This document shows, piece by piece, positions 10,416 through 20,670 of a stretch of 64,000 bases of DNA (position 1 is its first letter; the number at the start of each line of letters is the position of its first letter). The stretch is from Arenicellales bacterium (lineage in GTDB: Bacteria > Pseudomonadota > Gammaproteobacteria > Arenicellales > JAJDZL01). The position numbers were made by a program, and so were the translations under genes. The DNA lies in NCBI GenBank assembly GCA_965203865.1, contig OZ241916.1, forward strand, positions 861,548 to 925,547. Reading direction: 5' to 3'. The notes below the pieces were generated by a model. The model was given only the letters and a program-made list of their open reading frames with translations. It was not told the DNA's origin and searched no databases.

Positions 10416-11717
10416 ATGAACAGAGCTTGCTTTAAAACTTCAAAACTGTGCTTCGGTTCGTTGTGGAGAACAATTGGTTATGCATCTCTCTTGTACGGAG
10501 TTCTGAATGTATTTCCTGCAACCGCGTTGTCAACGGAGAATATTCCGGAACCACCTGAACCGCTTACTCTGAAAGCGGCTCTTCAATACGCCGAATACTC
10601 TCATCCCGACACTGCACAAGCTGAATTGAATCTGGCGAAGGCAAAATTGAAGCTGGAACGCGTTCGGACCGGCTCCGACAAACAACTGTGGCGTGCTTTG
10701 ATCAAAGAATCCTGGGGGGAGCAAAGCAGTGGAGCCGCGGCAAGGCAATCCTTTCCTTCTCAATCAAGTCCTGACATGATAGATGCCAAGATTTCCATTG
10801 CTGAATCCTTGGTCAGGCAGGCTGAATTGGAACTGAGCGAAGCAAGGCAGTCACTGCGGATAAAAATTGCACAGCATTACTTCGACGTGTTATTTGCAGA
10901 TTACCACTATACACTGAAAAATGAAGAAAACACCATGGCATTTCTGCGATTTAACAGCAGGAAGAAAGGAGCGGATGAGTATGGGTTGCATAATGAAATT
11001 GAAGTGTTGAAATACGAGTCTGAGTATCAGAAAGCCTTTGTAGAGCGAGAAGCTGCTAGCATTAACCAGCGTGGAACGCGTGTACGGCTTGGAGTTGCAA
11101 TGGGACTGAAAGATTATGTTCCTTCAGATTTGCTTCGCCCCGATATGTCTGAATTCAAAGAAAAAGAATTGCCTGATTTTGATGAGATTTTAAGTAAGGT
11201 GATGGAGTCCAGTCTTGAGCTGGCACTGGCAAAGGAGATGTCAAGGCAAGCTGAACTAAGGAAAAAAGCCAAGGAGGAAAAATTGAAGGACAAGGTGGAT
11301 TTGATTCTTGCAAATTCAGGTTCAAGCGAAGTGGCGGCACCGGAAAAAATTCAACAGTTGGCGGAGAGCCAGCTCAAATTTCGCCAGCAATCTGCTGCAG
11401 TAGTGCTGGAGCGAAATAGACTTCGCGTAAATGAAGTGGAATTGATGCTGAAGGCGAAAGTGCTAGAGTTATGGGAAAAACTGTCCGTGCTTCAAATTGC
11501 GTACAAAGCTAGCAAAGTAAATGAATACTATAGAGACCGAGTCATGGACCGAAGCAGAACGAAGTTTGAACTGGAAATAAAAACGAGCCTGGGTGATGCA
11601 CGGGTTGAAATTTCGCGTGTAGAGACAGAGCAGGTGAAAATCTTGTATGACGCGGCAATGGCTTGGGCGAATCTGGATAAATTGATGGGCAAGCAGGTAT
11701 TTGCAAATGAAAATTAA
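10416..11717 (+). CDS. TolC-like outer-membrane efflux protein
   Basis: LTLKAALQYA start, long helical repeats and C-terminal AAMAWANLDKLMG pattern typical of outer-membrane factors. Confidence 0.65.
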   Translation: MNRACFKTSKLCFGSLWRTIGYASLLYGVLNVFPATALSTENIPEPPEPLTLKAALQYAEYSHPDTAQAELNLAKAKLKLERVRTGSDKQLWRALIKESWGEQSSGAAARQSFPSQSSPDMIDAKISIAESLVRQAELELSEARQSLRIKIAQHYFDVLFADYHYTLKNEENTMAFLRFNSRKKGADEYGLHNEIEVLKYESEYQKAFVEREAASINQRGTRVRLGVAMGLKDYVPSDLLRPDMSEFKEKELPDFDEILSKVMESSLELALAKEMSRQAELRKKAKEEKLKDKVDLILANSGSSEVAAPEKIQQLAESQLKFRQQSAAVVLERNRLRVNEVELMLKAKVLELWEKLSVLQIAYKASKVNEYYRDRVMDRSRTKFELEIKTSLGDARVEISRVETEQVKILYDAAMAWANLDKLMGKQVFANEN

Positions 11718-12489
11718 ATTTGTACGAGTGCATTTGATTCACTTGATTGTTGGCGTTTTTGGATTGCTGCACATTGCTGCGGCAAACGGTGAAGAACTCT
11801 CGGCAACGATTGACTTCACAACTCAGTGGGAAGTCAGCTCCCTTGCTACTGGAACCATACGATCGGTGAACGCAGAAGTTGGTGAACGAGTATCAGCTAA
11901 CGATATTTTGATTCAACTGCATGACCACCATGAGAAGCTTCATGTGCAATTCAGTGAGTACAGAGTAAAGCAACAGGAATTGGTGGTGGAGCAGATGCAG
12001 GGGGACTTTGACCGGTTGCAAGTTCTATACGACCAAGCAGACTTGTCTTTGACTGAATACGAGGAGGCTTTGCATTTGCTGGCCACCGAACAACATGAAC
12101 TTAACCGCGCGATGGTGGAACTTGAAATAGGCATAGCCAGATTGGAATGGACGAAAGTTTCTGCGGGTGTTGATGCAATCGTGGTTTCTCGCAACGCTGA
12201 GCCGGGCATGACTCTGACGCGTCACAATTCCTTCAATCTGATGACCTTGGCTGTCCCGAACGAATACACGGCGAATGTACTAGTTCCATACAGTATCCGA
12301 CAAAGACTTTCTAAAGACATTGAGTACCAGGTGGCGGTTGGTGACCAAGAATACTCCTCGAGGCTGGTGTTTTCAACACTGAAGCCAGTCATCGTGAACG
12401 ACGAAAGTTTGTTTCTGGTAGGTTTTTCTTTTCGTGAACCGGATTTGCTATTGCTGCCAGGTACACCTGCAATGGTAAGCATTGATTAG
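11701..12489 (+). CDS. Efflux periplasmic adaptor (membrane fusion protein)
   Basis: Lipoyl-like half motifs (GTIRSVNAEVGERV; AGVDAIVVSRNAEPG) flanking a coiled coil; overlaps the TolC-like gene. Confidence 0.7.
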   Translation: MQMKIKFVRVHLIHLIVGVFGLLHIAAANGEELSATIDFTTQWEVSSLATGTIRSVNAEVGERVSANDILIQLHDHHEKLHVQFSEYRVKQQELVVEQMQGDFDRLQVLYDQADLSLTEYEEALHLLATEQHELNRAMVELEIGIARLEWTKVSAGVDAIVVSRNAEPGMTLTRHNSFNLMTLAVPNEYTANVLVPYSIRQRLSKDIEYQVAVGDQEYSSRLVFSTLKPVIVNDESLFLVGFSFREPDLLLLPGTPAMVSID

Positions 12490-12527
12490 ACAGAGGAATT
12501 GGAAAATTAAGTGATTGGCCGGGCATC

Positions 12528-13406
12528 TTGCGCATGCGCCGAGCATTTCTGTGGATGACAGGTACGCTGCTGTCTTTTACCACTGCAGCCGTTGCCACAC
12601 GCGAAATTTCCCATGCAATTGATACGCCGTCAATACTGCTGTACCGCTCAATTCTGTCAATTGCTTTGGTTTTAATTGCCATTCAGCTGTCTCGTGAAAC
12701 TTTCCGGGAAATTTTTACAAGCAATTTGAAGCTTCATATCGTTCGCAACAGTTTTCACTTTGTCGGCCAATTTGCCTGGTTCTATTCTCTGACGGTAATT
12801 ACTTTGGCAGAAGTTTTTGCATTGGAGTTTACAATTCCGCTTTGGATTGCGTTGTTAGGGCCCATCTTTTTGAAAGAAAAACTTACATGGCAAAAAGCGA
12901 TATATACGGCGATAGGATTTTCCGGTGTGTTGATCATATTGCGACCGCTTGACTTGCAGGTAGAGACGGGGTCAATTGTGATGCTAATTGGTGCGGCCGG
13001 GTTTGCGATGTCGATAATTTGTACTCGCTACCTGATGCGGACCGATAGTGCGTTGTCTATTCTGTTCTACATGTCTGTCGTACAGTTTCCAATCGCCTTG
13101 GCAGTACAATTCTTTCACGGACCCTTGCCCATACCGGACTTGCTGACTTCGTGCTATGTAGTACTAATCGCCGTTTGCGGGCTTACCGCTCACTACTGCT
13201 TTGCAAATGCTCTGAAACTTGCCGAAGCCCTGACAGTGGCACCGATAGACTATCTGCGATTGCCTTTGATTATCGTAATCGGAGTTCTGCTGTATTCGGA
13301 AGCGGTCGATGCTGCAATTATCGCCGGGAGTATCTTAATCGTTGTTGGAAACTACATGAATATTCGGACAGCTTCCGGTTCAAGAAATGTATTGCCCCGC
13401 ATGTAA
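12528..13406 (+). CDS. DMT/EamA family transporter
   Basis: About 10 hydrophobic segments; LGPIFLKEK and APIDYLRL motifs. Confidence 0.85.
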   Translation: MRMRRAFLWMTGTLLSFTTAAVATREISHAIDTPSILLYRSILSIALVLIAIQLSRETFREIFTSNLKLHIVRNSFHFVGQFAWFYSLTVITLAEVFALEFTIPLWIALLGPIFLKEKLTWQKAIYTAIGFSGVLIILRPLDLQVETGSIVMLIGAAGFAMSIICTRYLMRTDSALSILFYMSVVQFPIALAVQFFHGPLPIPDLLTSCYVVLIAVCGLTAHYCFANALKLAEALTVAPIDYLRLPLIIVIGVLLYSEAVDAAIIAGSILIVVGNYMNIRTASGSRNVLPRM

Positions 13407-13430
13407 ATGTTCGGCGCTGCAAATCAAATT

Positions 13431-13505
13431 TGGTGGGCGATACTGGGATTGAACCAGTGACCTCTGCCGTGTGAAGGCAGCGCTCTTCCTCTGAGCTAAT
13501 CGCCC
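13431..13505 (-). tRNA. tRNA-Val (anticodon CAC)
   Basis: Reverse complement GGGCGATTAGCTCAGAGGAAGAGCGCTGCCTTCACACGGCAGAGGTCACTGGTTCAATCCCAGTATCGCCCACCA folds as a cloverleaf; anticodon stem CTGCC/GGCAG, loop TT-CAC-AC, encoded CCA. Confidence 0.95.
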
Positions 13506-13566
13506 ACAAGCAGTAATTATAGAATATGATGAACACTTTTCCTCAGAAGTCGGGAATCTTCAAGTT

Positions 13567-14283
13567 TTGGAAGGATTGGACATGCAGGACGTAAAGGCAG
13601 TTTTATTTGATGTGTTTGGCACAGTAGTGGATTGGCGAACCAGTATTGCAAGGGAAGTTCGACGAGTTCCAGAGTTGAATCACTTGGATAGTGAGCAATT
13701 TGCTGATCGTTGGCGTGCAAGGTATCAGCCAGCCATGGAGCAAATTCGCGATGGGTCGCGGCCATGGACCAAGCTGGATGACTTGCATTATGAAAACTTG
13801 CTTGAAGTGCTGAACGAATTTGAAATCCATGCACTAAGCGAAATTCAGATACGAGAATTGAATTTCGCATGGCATAGATTGACTCCATGGAAAGACGCTG
13901 TTAAAGGACTGACTCGAATCAAGGCCAAGTACATAATTGCCACTTTGTCAAACGGGAATGTTTCCTTGATTGTCAATATGGCAAAGAATGCAGGCTTGCC
14001 TTGGGACATGGTACTGGGTGCTGAGGTTGTCAAGCACTACAAGCCGCAACCTCAAGCGTATCTTAAATCTGCAGAAATGCTGGACTTGGCTCCGAATTCA
14101 TGCATGCTGGTGGCAGCGCACAACAGCGACTTGATAGCAGCTTCCAATTGCGGATTTCGAACAGCATTTGTTGCCAGACCAACCGAGCATGGTCCTGGTC
14201 AAACAAAAGATATCAAGGCTGATGTTCAATACGACATAGTGGCAAATAATTTCATAGCGTTGGCAGAACAGTTGGGCTGCTAA
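13567..14283 (+). CDS. Haloacid dehalogenase type II (HAD superfamily)
   Basis: FDVFGTVVDW; LSNG; HYKP; LVAAHNSDL. The true start may be the ATG at 13582. Confidence 0.85.
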   Translation: MEGLDMQDVKAVLFDVFGTVVDWRTSIAREVRRVPELNHLDSEQFADRWRARYQPAMEQIRDGSRPWTKLDDLHYENLLEVLNEFEIHALSEIQIRELNFAWHRLTPWKDAVKGLTRIKAKYIIATLSNGNVSLIVNMAKNAGLPWDMVLGAEVVKHYKPQPQAYLKSAEMLDLAPNSCMLVAAHNSDLIAASNCGFRTAFVARPTEHGPGQTKDIKADVQYDIVANNFIALAEQLGC

Positions 14284-14317
14284 AAATTTTTCGTGGTTTT
14301 CTTGTGTTTTCCGTGAA

Positions 14318-15529
14318 TTGCTGAATATGCGCTTGTCTCCCGATGGAATCGGCCCCACGCTGGCAATGCTGCTTACGCTTGCAGTTGTAAGCGCCTGCAT
14401 ACTGGCGGTAGCCGTGGTTGCCCCTGATGCTGCAGAGGATATAGGCTTGCCTGCTACAGCGGTTGGCTATTTCACCGGCACGGTATACATGGTGGCGGCA
14501 TTTGCCGGAAGCTTTTCAGCAATTTTCATTTCCCGGTTCGGACCGATTCGCGTCCTGCAGATTACCGCGATTCTTGGAATTTGCGGACTTGTGTCGTTCG
14601 TAGTTGGAAATCCACTGTTTGCGTTATTGTGTGCGATTCTGCTTGGATTTGCTTACGGACCAATTAATCCGGCCAATGCTGCTGTACTTGTTGAGGTCAC
14701 CCACGCGGGGAATCGTTCATTCATGTTTTCCATCAAGCAAACCGGCGTAACTATCGGCGGGATGTTTGCGGCAATCGTAGTGCCGCCGATTGTGGTTGCC
14801 TGGGCGTGGGAGGCGGCAATCTTGTCTGTAGCAATACTGGCGGTAATTTCTTTGTTTATCCTTCAGTCTCTTCAATCTCAGTTCGGCACTCGCAGGAACG
14901 TCGACAATACGCCTTGGTCCTTTACCGCCTTGCTGGAACCCGTAAAGGAGGTAATGAAGCTGCCGCTGCTTCGGGGCTTTTCTTTGGTTGGGTTTATCTA
15001 TGCCGGAGTTCAAACGAGCGTAGCCAGTTTTTTTGTTGTGTATTTGGTTGAACGAGACTTTGACCTGATTCAGGCAGGCGCCTGTTTTCTGTTTTTGAAT
15101 ATTGGCGGTTCGGCTTTCAGAATGATTTGGGGCTTTCTTGCCGATATATGGTCGTCAAAGTCAATACTCCTTGCCATCGGTGTTGTAACAACAGCATCCG
15201 TACTTGCCATGCTGTATATAAACACTGACTGGCCAGCTCAGGTCCTGTATCTGTATGCGTTTATCCTGGGGGGCAGTAGTCACGCCTGGAACGGGGTATA
15301 CCTGTCCGAAGTGGCTTATCGCGCGCCGGTCGGAGAAGCGGCGAAATGGACTGGAGGAATTCAGTTCATCTTTTACTTTGGTGTTGCCTGCATGCCGCCA
15401 TTATTTGGGGCAATAATCTGGATTACCGGGACTTACCACACATCGATAATTTTGACTGCAATGCTGGCATTGGCTGCCGGTCTTTACTTGCTACGGATAT
15501 TTCGCATGAACGAGCCGGCAGATGCATAG
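14318..15529 (+). CDS. MFS transporter
   Basis: About 12 TM segments; ISRFGPIR motif-A-like loop. Confidence 0.85.
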   Translation: MLNMRLSPDGIGPTLAMLLTLAVVSACILAVAVVAPDAAEDIGLPATAVGYFTGTVYMVAAFAGSFSAIFISRFGPIRVLQITAILGICGLVSFVVGNPLFALLCAILLGFAYGPINPANAAVLVEVTHAGNRSFMFSIKQTGVTIGGMFAAIVVPPIVVAWAWEAAILSVAILAVISLFILQSLQSQFGTRRNVDNTPWSFTALLEPVKEVMKLPLLRGFSLVGFIYAGVQTSVASFFVVYLVERDFDLIQAGACFLFLNIGGSAFRMIWGFLADIWSSKSILLAIGVVTTASVLAMLYINTDWPAQVLYLYAFILGGSSHAWNGVYLSEVAYRAPVGEAAKWTGGIQFIFYFGVACMPPLFGAIIWITGTYHTSIILTAMLALAAGLYLLRIFRMNEPADA

Positions 15530-15533
15530 GTTG

Positions 15534-16142
15534 CTAGCTATAGCTGTTCAGGTAAGGCAGTTTTTCACTGAGTTGTTTCACAAGATCCATATTGCCGAGC
15601 AGCAAGTCAGTACTGTCCCATGTACCGTTCATTAGTGCTTTTCTATGCTGGTCTGGAAGTTCAAGCTGAATATTGACCGAGTCTCCGGAAATAGATTGAG
15701 TAACCAGGTCAATCGTCCATTCCAGAGCGGGCATCTTCATAGCCTTTTCCTGCATTGTTTTGATGTGGTCTTCATTGACTCTTACCGCGGGAATGCCCAG
15801 TTTTACGCAGTTTCCTGCAAAAATTTCAGCGAATGACTCCCCCACAACTGCTTTGATGCCCCATCGCAGAAGGGACTGAGGCGCGTGTTCCCGGCTTGAC
15901 CCGCAACCAAAATTTTTATTTACAAGCAAAATACTTGATTTCTGGTATTCCTCCTTGTTGAACGGATGATCTTTGAGGTTGCCGCTAGAGTCAAAGCGCT
16001 CATCATAGAACGGATATTTGCCCAGATTCGAGAACGTAATTTCCTTAAGAAACCGTGCGGGAATAATTTGGTCCGTATCAATGTCATCGCCTTGCAACAC
16101 CATCGCCTTGCCAGACACCTGGAGAATTTTGTTTCCGGTCAT
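15534..16142 (-). CDS. leuD: 3-isopropylmalate dehydratase small subunit
   Basis: DIDTDQIIPARFL; NFGCGSSREHAPQ. Confidence 0.92.
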   Translation of the reverse strand: MTGNKILQVSGKAMVLQGDDIDTDQIIPARFLKEITFSNLGKYPFYDERFDSSGNLKDHPFNKEEYQKSSILLVNKNFGCGSSREHAPQSLLRWGIKAVVGESFAEIFAGNCVKLGIPAVRVNEDHIKTMQEKAMKMPALEWTIDLVTQSISGDSVNIQLELPDQHRKALMNGTWDSTDLLLGNMDLVKQLSEKLPYLNSYS

Positions 16143-16179
16143 ATTACCCCCTTTTCAGCTCATCAAGAATTGGTGAAGT

Positions 16180-17580
16180 TTACAGTTCGCGAATATCAGT
16201 TACTCGACCGGTTATTGCCGCCGCGGCCGCCATTTGCGGTGACATTAACAGTGTTCTGCCGTGCGGACTCCCTTGACGTCCAATGAAATTCCGATTGCTT
16301 GTACTTGCGCATACCTCGTCATTTTCCAGTTTGTCTGTATTCATTCCCAAGCACATGGAGCAGCCAGGTTCTCTCCATTGCAGGCCAGCGTCGGTAAAAA
16401 TCTGATCTAGCCCTTCTTTAACCGATTGTGCAGCTACTTGCTGTGAACCCGGTACAACAATTGCCTTGACATTCTTGGCAACGCGCTTGTTCTCAATAAC
16501 TTTGGCAGCAGCTCGCAGGTCTTCCATGCGGGAATTTGTACAACTTCCTATAAATACGACGTTGATGTTGATGTCTGTAATTCTTTGACCCGGAGTCAGT
16601 TTCATGTGATGGTATGCGCGTTCAGCAGTCTGCCTTTCCCCGTCCGGTAATGCTTCAGGGTCTGGTAGTTGCTCATCCACTCCCACACTTTGTCCGGGGT
16701 TGATGCCCCAAGTGACATGCGGTGCAATATCGGCCGCCTGAATACTGACAAGGTCATCGTATTGAGCATCTGAAGCCGAGCATACCGAATTCCAATACTC
16801 TTTTGCATTGTCCCAGGCAGAATCAGTCGGAGCATGCGGCCGTCCCTTCAGGTATTCATAGGTTGTTTGATCGGGATTTACATAGCCGGCTCGCGCACCG
16901 CCCTCGATAGACATGTTGCATACAGTCATTCGTTCTTCCATGCTCATTGACTCAATTGTTGAGCCGCCGTACTCATAGGCGAATCCGATGCCGCCCTTTA
17001 CGCCGAGCATTCGAATGATGTAAAGAATCACATCTTTTGCAAACACGCCCTTGCCCAAATCTCCTTCAACTTCAATTCTCCGGACTTTGAGTGGGTCCAA
17101 GCTAAGGCACTGTGTAGCGAGCACATCTTGTACCTGGGACGTGCCAATTCCGAAAGCCAGCGTACCGAATGCGCCGTGGGTTGAGGTATGCGAGTCGCCG
17201 CAAGCGATTGTCATGCCCGGATGCACCAGGCCAAGCTCGGGGCCGATTACATGCACAATACCTTGTTTATTTGAATCCGGGTCAAGGTATCGGATATTGA
17301 ATGAGCGGGTGTTTTTTTCCAAAGCCTGCACCATCGCTTCGGCCTGCTCATCAAGATAAGGTCGTTTGTGACTCGTAGTGGGAATTATGTGGTCAACTGT
17401 TGCGATTGTCTGCTCGGGAAAGGCTACCTTGAGCCCGCGTTCTCGAAGCATGTCGCAAGCCTGTGGACTGGTAACTTCGTGAATCAGATGCAAGCCGATA
17501 AATAGCTGGTATTGCCCGGTTGGCAATTGGCAAACAACATGGCGGTCCCAGATTTTATTGAATAAAGTGCCTGTGGCCAT
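16180..17580 (-). CDS. leuC: 3-isopropylmalate dehydratase large subunit
   Basis: HEVTSPQA; [13 protein letters not shown]; Fe-S ligands GSCTNSR and PGCSMC; [12 protein letters not shown]. Confidence 0.93.
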   Translation of the reverse strand: MATGTLFNKIWDRHVVCQLPTGQYQLFIGLHLIHEVTSPQACDMLRERGLKVAFPEQTIATVDHIIPTTSHKRPYLDEQAEAMVQALEKNTRSFNIRYLDPDSNKQGIVHVIGPELGLVHPGMTIACGDSHTSTHGAFGTLAFGIGTSQVQDVLATQCLSLDPLKVRRIEVEGDLGKGVFAKDVILYIIRMLGVKGGIGFAYEYGGSTIESMSMEERMTVCNMSIEGGARAGYVNPDQTTYEYLKGRPHAPTDSAWDNAKEYWNSVCSASDAQYDDLVSIQAADIAPHVTWGINPGQSVGVDEQLPDPEALPDGERQTAERAYHHMKLTPGQRITDININVVFIGSCTNSRMEDLRAAAKVIENKRVAKNVKAIVVPGSQQVAAQSVKEGLDQIFTDAGLQWREPGCSMCLGMNTDKLENDEVCASTSNRNFIGRQGSPHGRTLLMSPQMAAAAAITGRVTDIREL

Positions 17581-17823
17581 AGTCTTGATTGGTCAATGAA
17601 AAGTAGGAATTGTACATTGTTCAATGAAATTTTAACGGAAAATCTTGCAAAATTTGTTGCCGGAAGGATTATTGCGAGATTGCAAGCGCTGTGGAATTTT
17701 GGTGTGCATGGGAAAAATTGATTACTTATTCAATAAACTAATAGTATAAAATTCCTTTTATATCTTTCCAGTTTCATAAAATATATTCATAAACAACAAT
17801 ATAAGAAATAATTGTTGAAGCAA

Positions 17824-17849
17824 TATACATGAGTAAATACTCATGTATA
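17824..17849. promoter_or_regulatory. Perfect 12-bp inverted repeat, probable transcription-factor operator
   Basis: TATACATGAGTA-AA-TACTCATGTATA in the divergent intergenic region between leuC and the DUF1127 gene. Confidence 0.55.
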
Positions 17850-18034
17850 CAGGAAAATATATCCATTGTTTTTTTCCAGAATAGCATTATTCTATTATCA
17901 ACAGCTTTAACGAATTAAACGGAAGCTTTCGACAAGGATGAGATTTAGAGCAAGGAAGCTCTCCGGATTTTTCAAACGCCTTTGCTAGGCAAACAATTTT
18001 ACAACTGTAACTTGATTTTTTAGGAGTCGGAATA

Positions 18035-18121
18035 ATGTTGAAGGATATTTACAACAAAGTCGGTGTTGCTTTTATCACTGCTGTAACGGTGTTTGCAATT
18101 ATTGCAATGTTCGTTGCTTAG
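18035..18121 (+). CDS. Putative 28-aa single-pass membrane microprotein
   Basis: AGGAG at 18022-18026, ATG at 18035; MLKDIYNKVGVAFITAVTVFAIIAMFVA*. Below the ORF-track length cut-off. Confidence 0.5.
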   Translation: MLKDIYNKVGVAFITAVTVFAIIAMFVA

Positions 18122-18186
18122 CGGAACGCAAAATTTATTATTACGAATTTATTTATTACTTATTTTGAAATGGAGAAAAATTTACG

Positions 18187-18501
18187 ATGCTCAACAAGTC
18201 AGTAGAATTCAAGTTTAACGCCAATGCTGGAATTCGGGACGTAGATAGCCAGGTGCCCGCTGTAATGCGCTTGGCGAGTTGGTTTCACAAATGGAGAATC
18301 CGCAGGAACACTATTCGTCAACTTTCTGCTTTAACCAATCACCAGCTTGAAGACATAGGTATACAGCGGAGCGAAATTGCTCGGGTAGTTGATGGCATGA
18401 TAGAAATAAATCATCAGGATACCTTTCACAATGATGTTGACAGAGTCAACAGATGCAAGCAGTATATTGAAGCTGGACTCAGTTCCAAGGCACTGGCATA
18501 A
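18187..18501 (+). CDS. DUF1127 (YjiS-like) small protein
   Basis: WRIRRNTIRQLSALTNHQLEDIGIQRSEI matches the DUF1127 consensus; GGAG RBS upstream. Confidence 0.8.
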   Translation: MLNKSVEFKFNANAGIRDVDSQVPAVMRLASWFHKWRIRRNTIRQLSALTNHQLEDIGIQRSEIARVVDGMIEINHQDTFHNDVDRVNRCKQYIEAGLSSKALA

Positions 18502-18532
18502 ACAATCTGAAGCAAATCCTTGTCATAGTGAG

Positions 18533-18561
18533 AAAGACCACCCATCAGGGTGGTCTTTTTT
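18533..18561 (+). terminator. Rho-independent terminator
   Basis: AAAGACCACCC-ATCA-GGGTGGTCTTT followed by a T run, just after the DUF1127 stop. Confidence 0.8.
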
Positions 18562-18750
18562 ATTGGTTTGGATCTGTTGTGTCAAGTGCTGCCAGAATTC
18601 CAGTAAATTATTCAGCGACAAATCAATCGTTATGATACCATTTGAGAAATTGAAGTGAATTCTCAGATTTTTCATAATTAAATGAATAAACTTCCAATAA
18701 AATCAGTAAACTAAATCAATATTAATCTTAGGTATCAAGGAGTGTAAAAG

Positions 18751-20202
18751 TTGCTTCGAACTAGTCAGAATTATCGCGAATCACTGCAGGACGGTCGAGT
18801 TGTTTGGATGGACGGCGAACGAGTTGACGATGTGGCTACACACCCAGCATTTAAACCGCTGGTTGACGTAAGGGCGCATATTTACGATATGGCACAAAAT
18901 GCTGAGCACAAGAAATTGCTCACCTATAAAGACGATAGCGGGGAGCAGCATGCAGTACTTCAGAAATTGCCCTACAAGAAAAAGGATTGGTGGCACAGGG
19001 GAAAGGCGGTTGATATTATATTGAACGATATAGGAGGGGTCGTTACGCGTGTCGGCGATGAAACAGTAGGGGAGATGTGGTCGTTGTATGACGGGAGCGA
19101 CGTATTAGCCGAAATTGACCCGCGATTTGCAGATAATATCAAGAACCACATCGACAATGTCTTGCACAACGATGTATTCCATGTATCTGCAAACACTGAC
19201 CCCAAAGGCGACCGGTCAAAGCCGCCCCAAGAGCAGGACCCCGACATGCTGCTCCACGTGGTAAAGGAAACCGATGCAGGAATCGTAATTCGCGGAGCGA
19301 AATATGAAACTGCATCAGCATACGCAGACCAGGCATTTTTAAAACCCACAATCGCCAATTGGGGCGACCAAAAACTATCCGACTATGCAGTTGGCGTGAT
19401 TGTCAAGATGAATGCAAAGGGTTTGACCCATATTTGCCGCACTGGATTTGCAAAACGCGCACCAAAAGAAGACTACCCGCTAGCGAACAGGTTTGACGAA
19501 GTGGACACCCTCATGATATTCGACGACGTACTGATTCCGTGGGAGGATGTTCTTTTCTATCAGCATACCAGAGCTGCGGCGTTCATTCGGGCTACCTTGC
19601 ATCGCTACAGCGCCCATGCCTTTGTTCATAGAATTCAGAAGACCGCAGACATGATGATTGGAGCAGCAGTTTTCAATGTTCGGCAAACTGGTTTGGATAA
19701 GCAGCAAGCAGTTCGGGAGAAACTGGCGCAGCTTGTTTGCTATCGGGAAGGAATCAATGCCCACTTGACTGCATCAATCTCTTCCGCACAAAGAAGCCCG
19801 AAAGGCTTGCTTATGCCAAACCCGTCCCTGCTTTATACAGGTCGTGTTCTGGCATGCACACAGTTGCCGCACATGATGCACATTGCAAGAGAATTATGCG
19901 GTGGACAAATCTGTATCACACCTGACCACTCAAGTTTCGAGGCCGAAGAAATCAAGCCTTGGCTGGAAAAATACTATTCAATCAATGAAGAGTGGCATTA
20001 CGATGACCGGCGCAAGCTGTTAGCATTGGCGCGGGATCTGTTGAATTCCGACTATGCTGGACACAAGCTTACATTTCAGTTGTTCGCTCAATCACCGCCG
20101 TTTGCCCATTTGAATGCGGTCTACATGAACTTTGACTTTACTGACCCGATGCGATTTGTCAAGCGCGCAGCTGGATTGTCGGATCGAATCTCAATAGACT
20201 AG
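18751..20202 (+). CDS. 4-hydroxyphenylacetate 3-hydroxylase (HpaB/PvcC) family flavin monooxygenase, oxygenase component
   Basis: YRESLQDGRVVWMDGERV..HPAF; DPKGDRS; GAKYETAS; RFDEVD..IFDDVLIPWE. Confidence 0.8.
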   Translation: MLRTSQNYRESLQDGRVVWMDGERVDDVATHPAFKPLVDVRAHIYDMAQNAEHKKLLTYKDDSGEQHAVLQKLPYKKKDWWHRGKAVDIILNDIGGVVTRVGDETVGEMWSLYDGSDVLAEIDPRFADNIKNHIDNVLHNDVFHVSANTDPKGDRSKPPQEQDPDMLLHVVKETDAGIVIRGAKYETASAYADQAFLKPTIANWGDQKLSDYAVGVIVKMNAKGLTHICRTGFAKRAPKEDYPLANRFDEVDTLMIFDDVLIPWEDVLFYQHTRAAAFIRATLHRYSAHAFVHRIQKTADMMIGAAVFNVRQTGLDKQQAVREKLAQLVCYREGINAHLTASISSAQRSPKGLLMPNPSLLYTGRVLACTQLPHMMHIARELCGGQICITPDHSSFEAEEIKPWLEKYYSINEEWHYDDRRKLLALARDLLNSDYAGHKLTFQLFAQSPPFAHLNAVYMNFDFTDPMRFVKRAAGLSDRISID

Positions 20203-20220
20203 ATCTGGAGTGGGAAAACG

Positions 20221-20637
20221 ATGGACAAACACATTCGATTAAGAAAATTCAACACTAAAGACACATATCCGGAACAGGAACTGGACAATGATCTATGCCA
20301 GGTTGTAAAGGCGGGCAATTTGGTATTTCTCAGGGGTCAGGTTGGGAGTGATTTTGAAGGCAATGTAGTGGGTGTAGGCGACCCTGCCGCTCAGGCAGAC
20401 CAGGCTATGCGTAATGTAAAGCAACTACTTGAAGAAGCCGGAGCATCGCTTGAAGATATTTGCAGGATTACCGTCTACATTACAGACCGCGGTTATCGCG
20501 AACCCGTATATCGTACTATAGGTAAATGGTTGAAAGGGGTTTTTCCAGTGTCGACCGGATTAATTGTCCAAGGACTTGCAAAACCGGAGTGGGTCATGGA
20601 AATAGAGGTGACTGCTGTCATCTCTGATAACAATTAG
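20221..20637 (+). CDS. RidA/YjgF family enamine/imine deaminase
   Basis: GNLVFLRGQVG; AQADQAMRNVKQLLEEAG; C-terminal MEIEVTA. Confidence 0.85.
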   Translation: MDKHIRLRKFNTKDTYPEQELDNDLCQVVKAGNLVFLRGQVGSDFEGNVVGVGDPAAQADQAMRNVKQLLEEAGASLEDICRITVYITDRGYREPVYRTIGKWLKGVFPVSTGLIVQGLAKPEWVMEIEVTAVISDNN

Positions 20638-20670
20638 CAAAAATTTTATATTTTTCTTTGAGGAGGAAAA

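Noticed and set aside
13431-13505. tRNA-Val as an integration site of a genomic island
   Set aside because: No duplicated tRNA 3' end and no integrase nearby.
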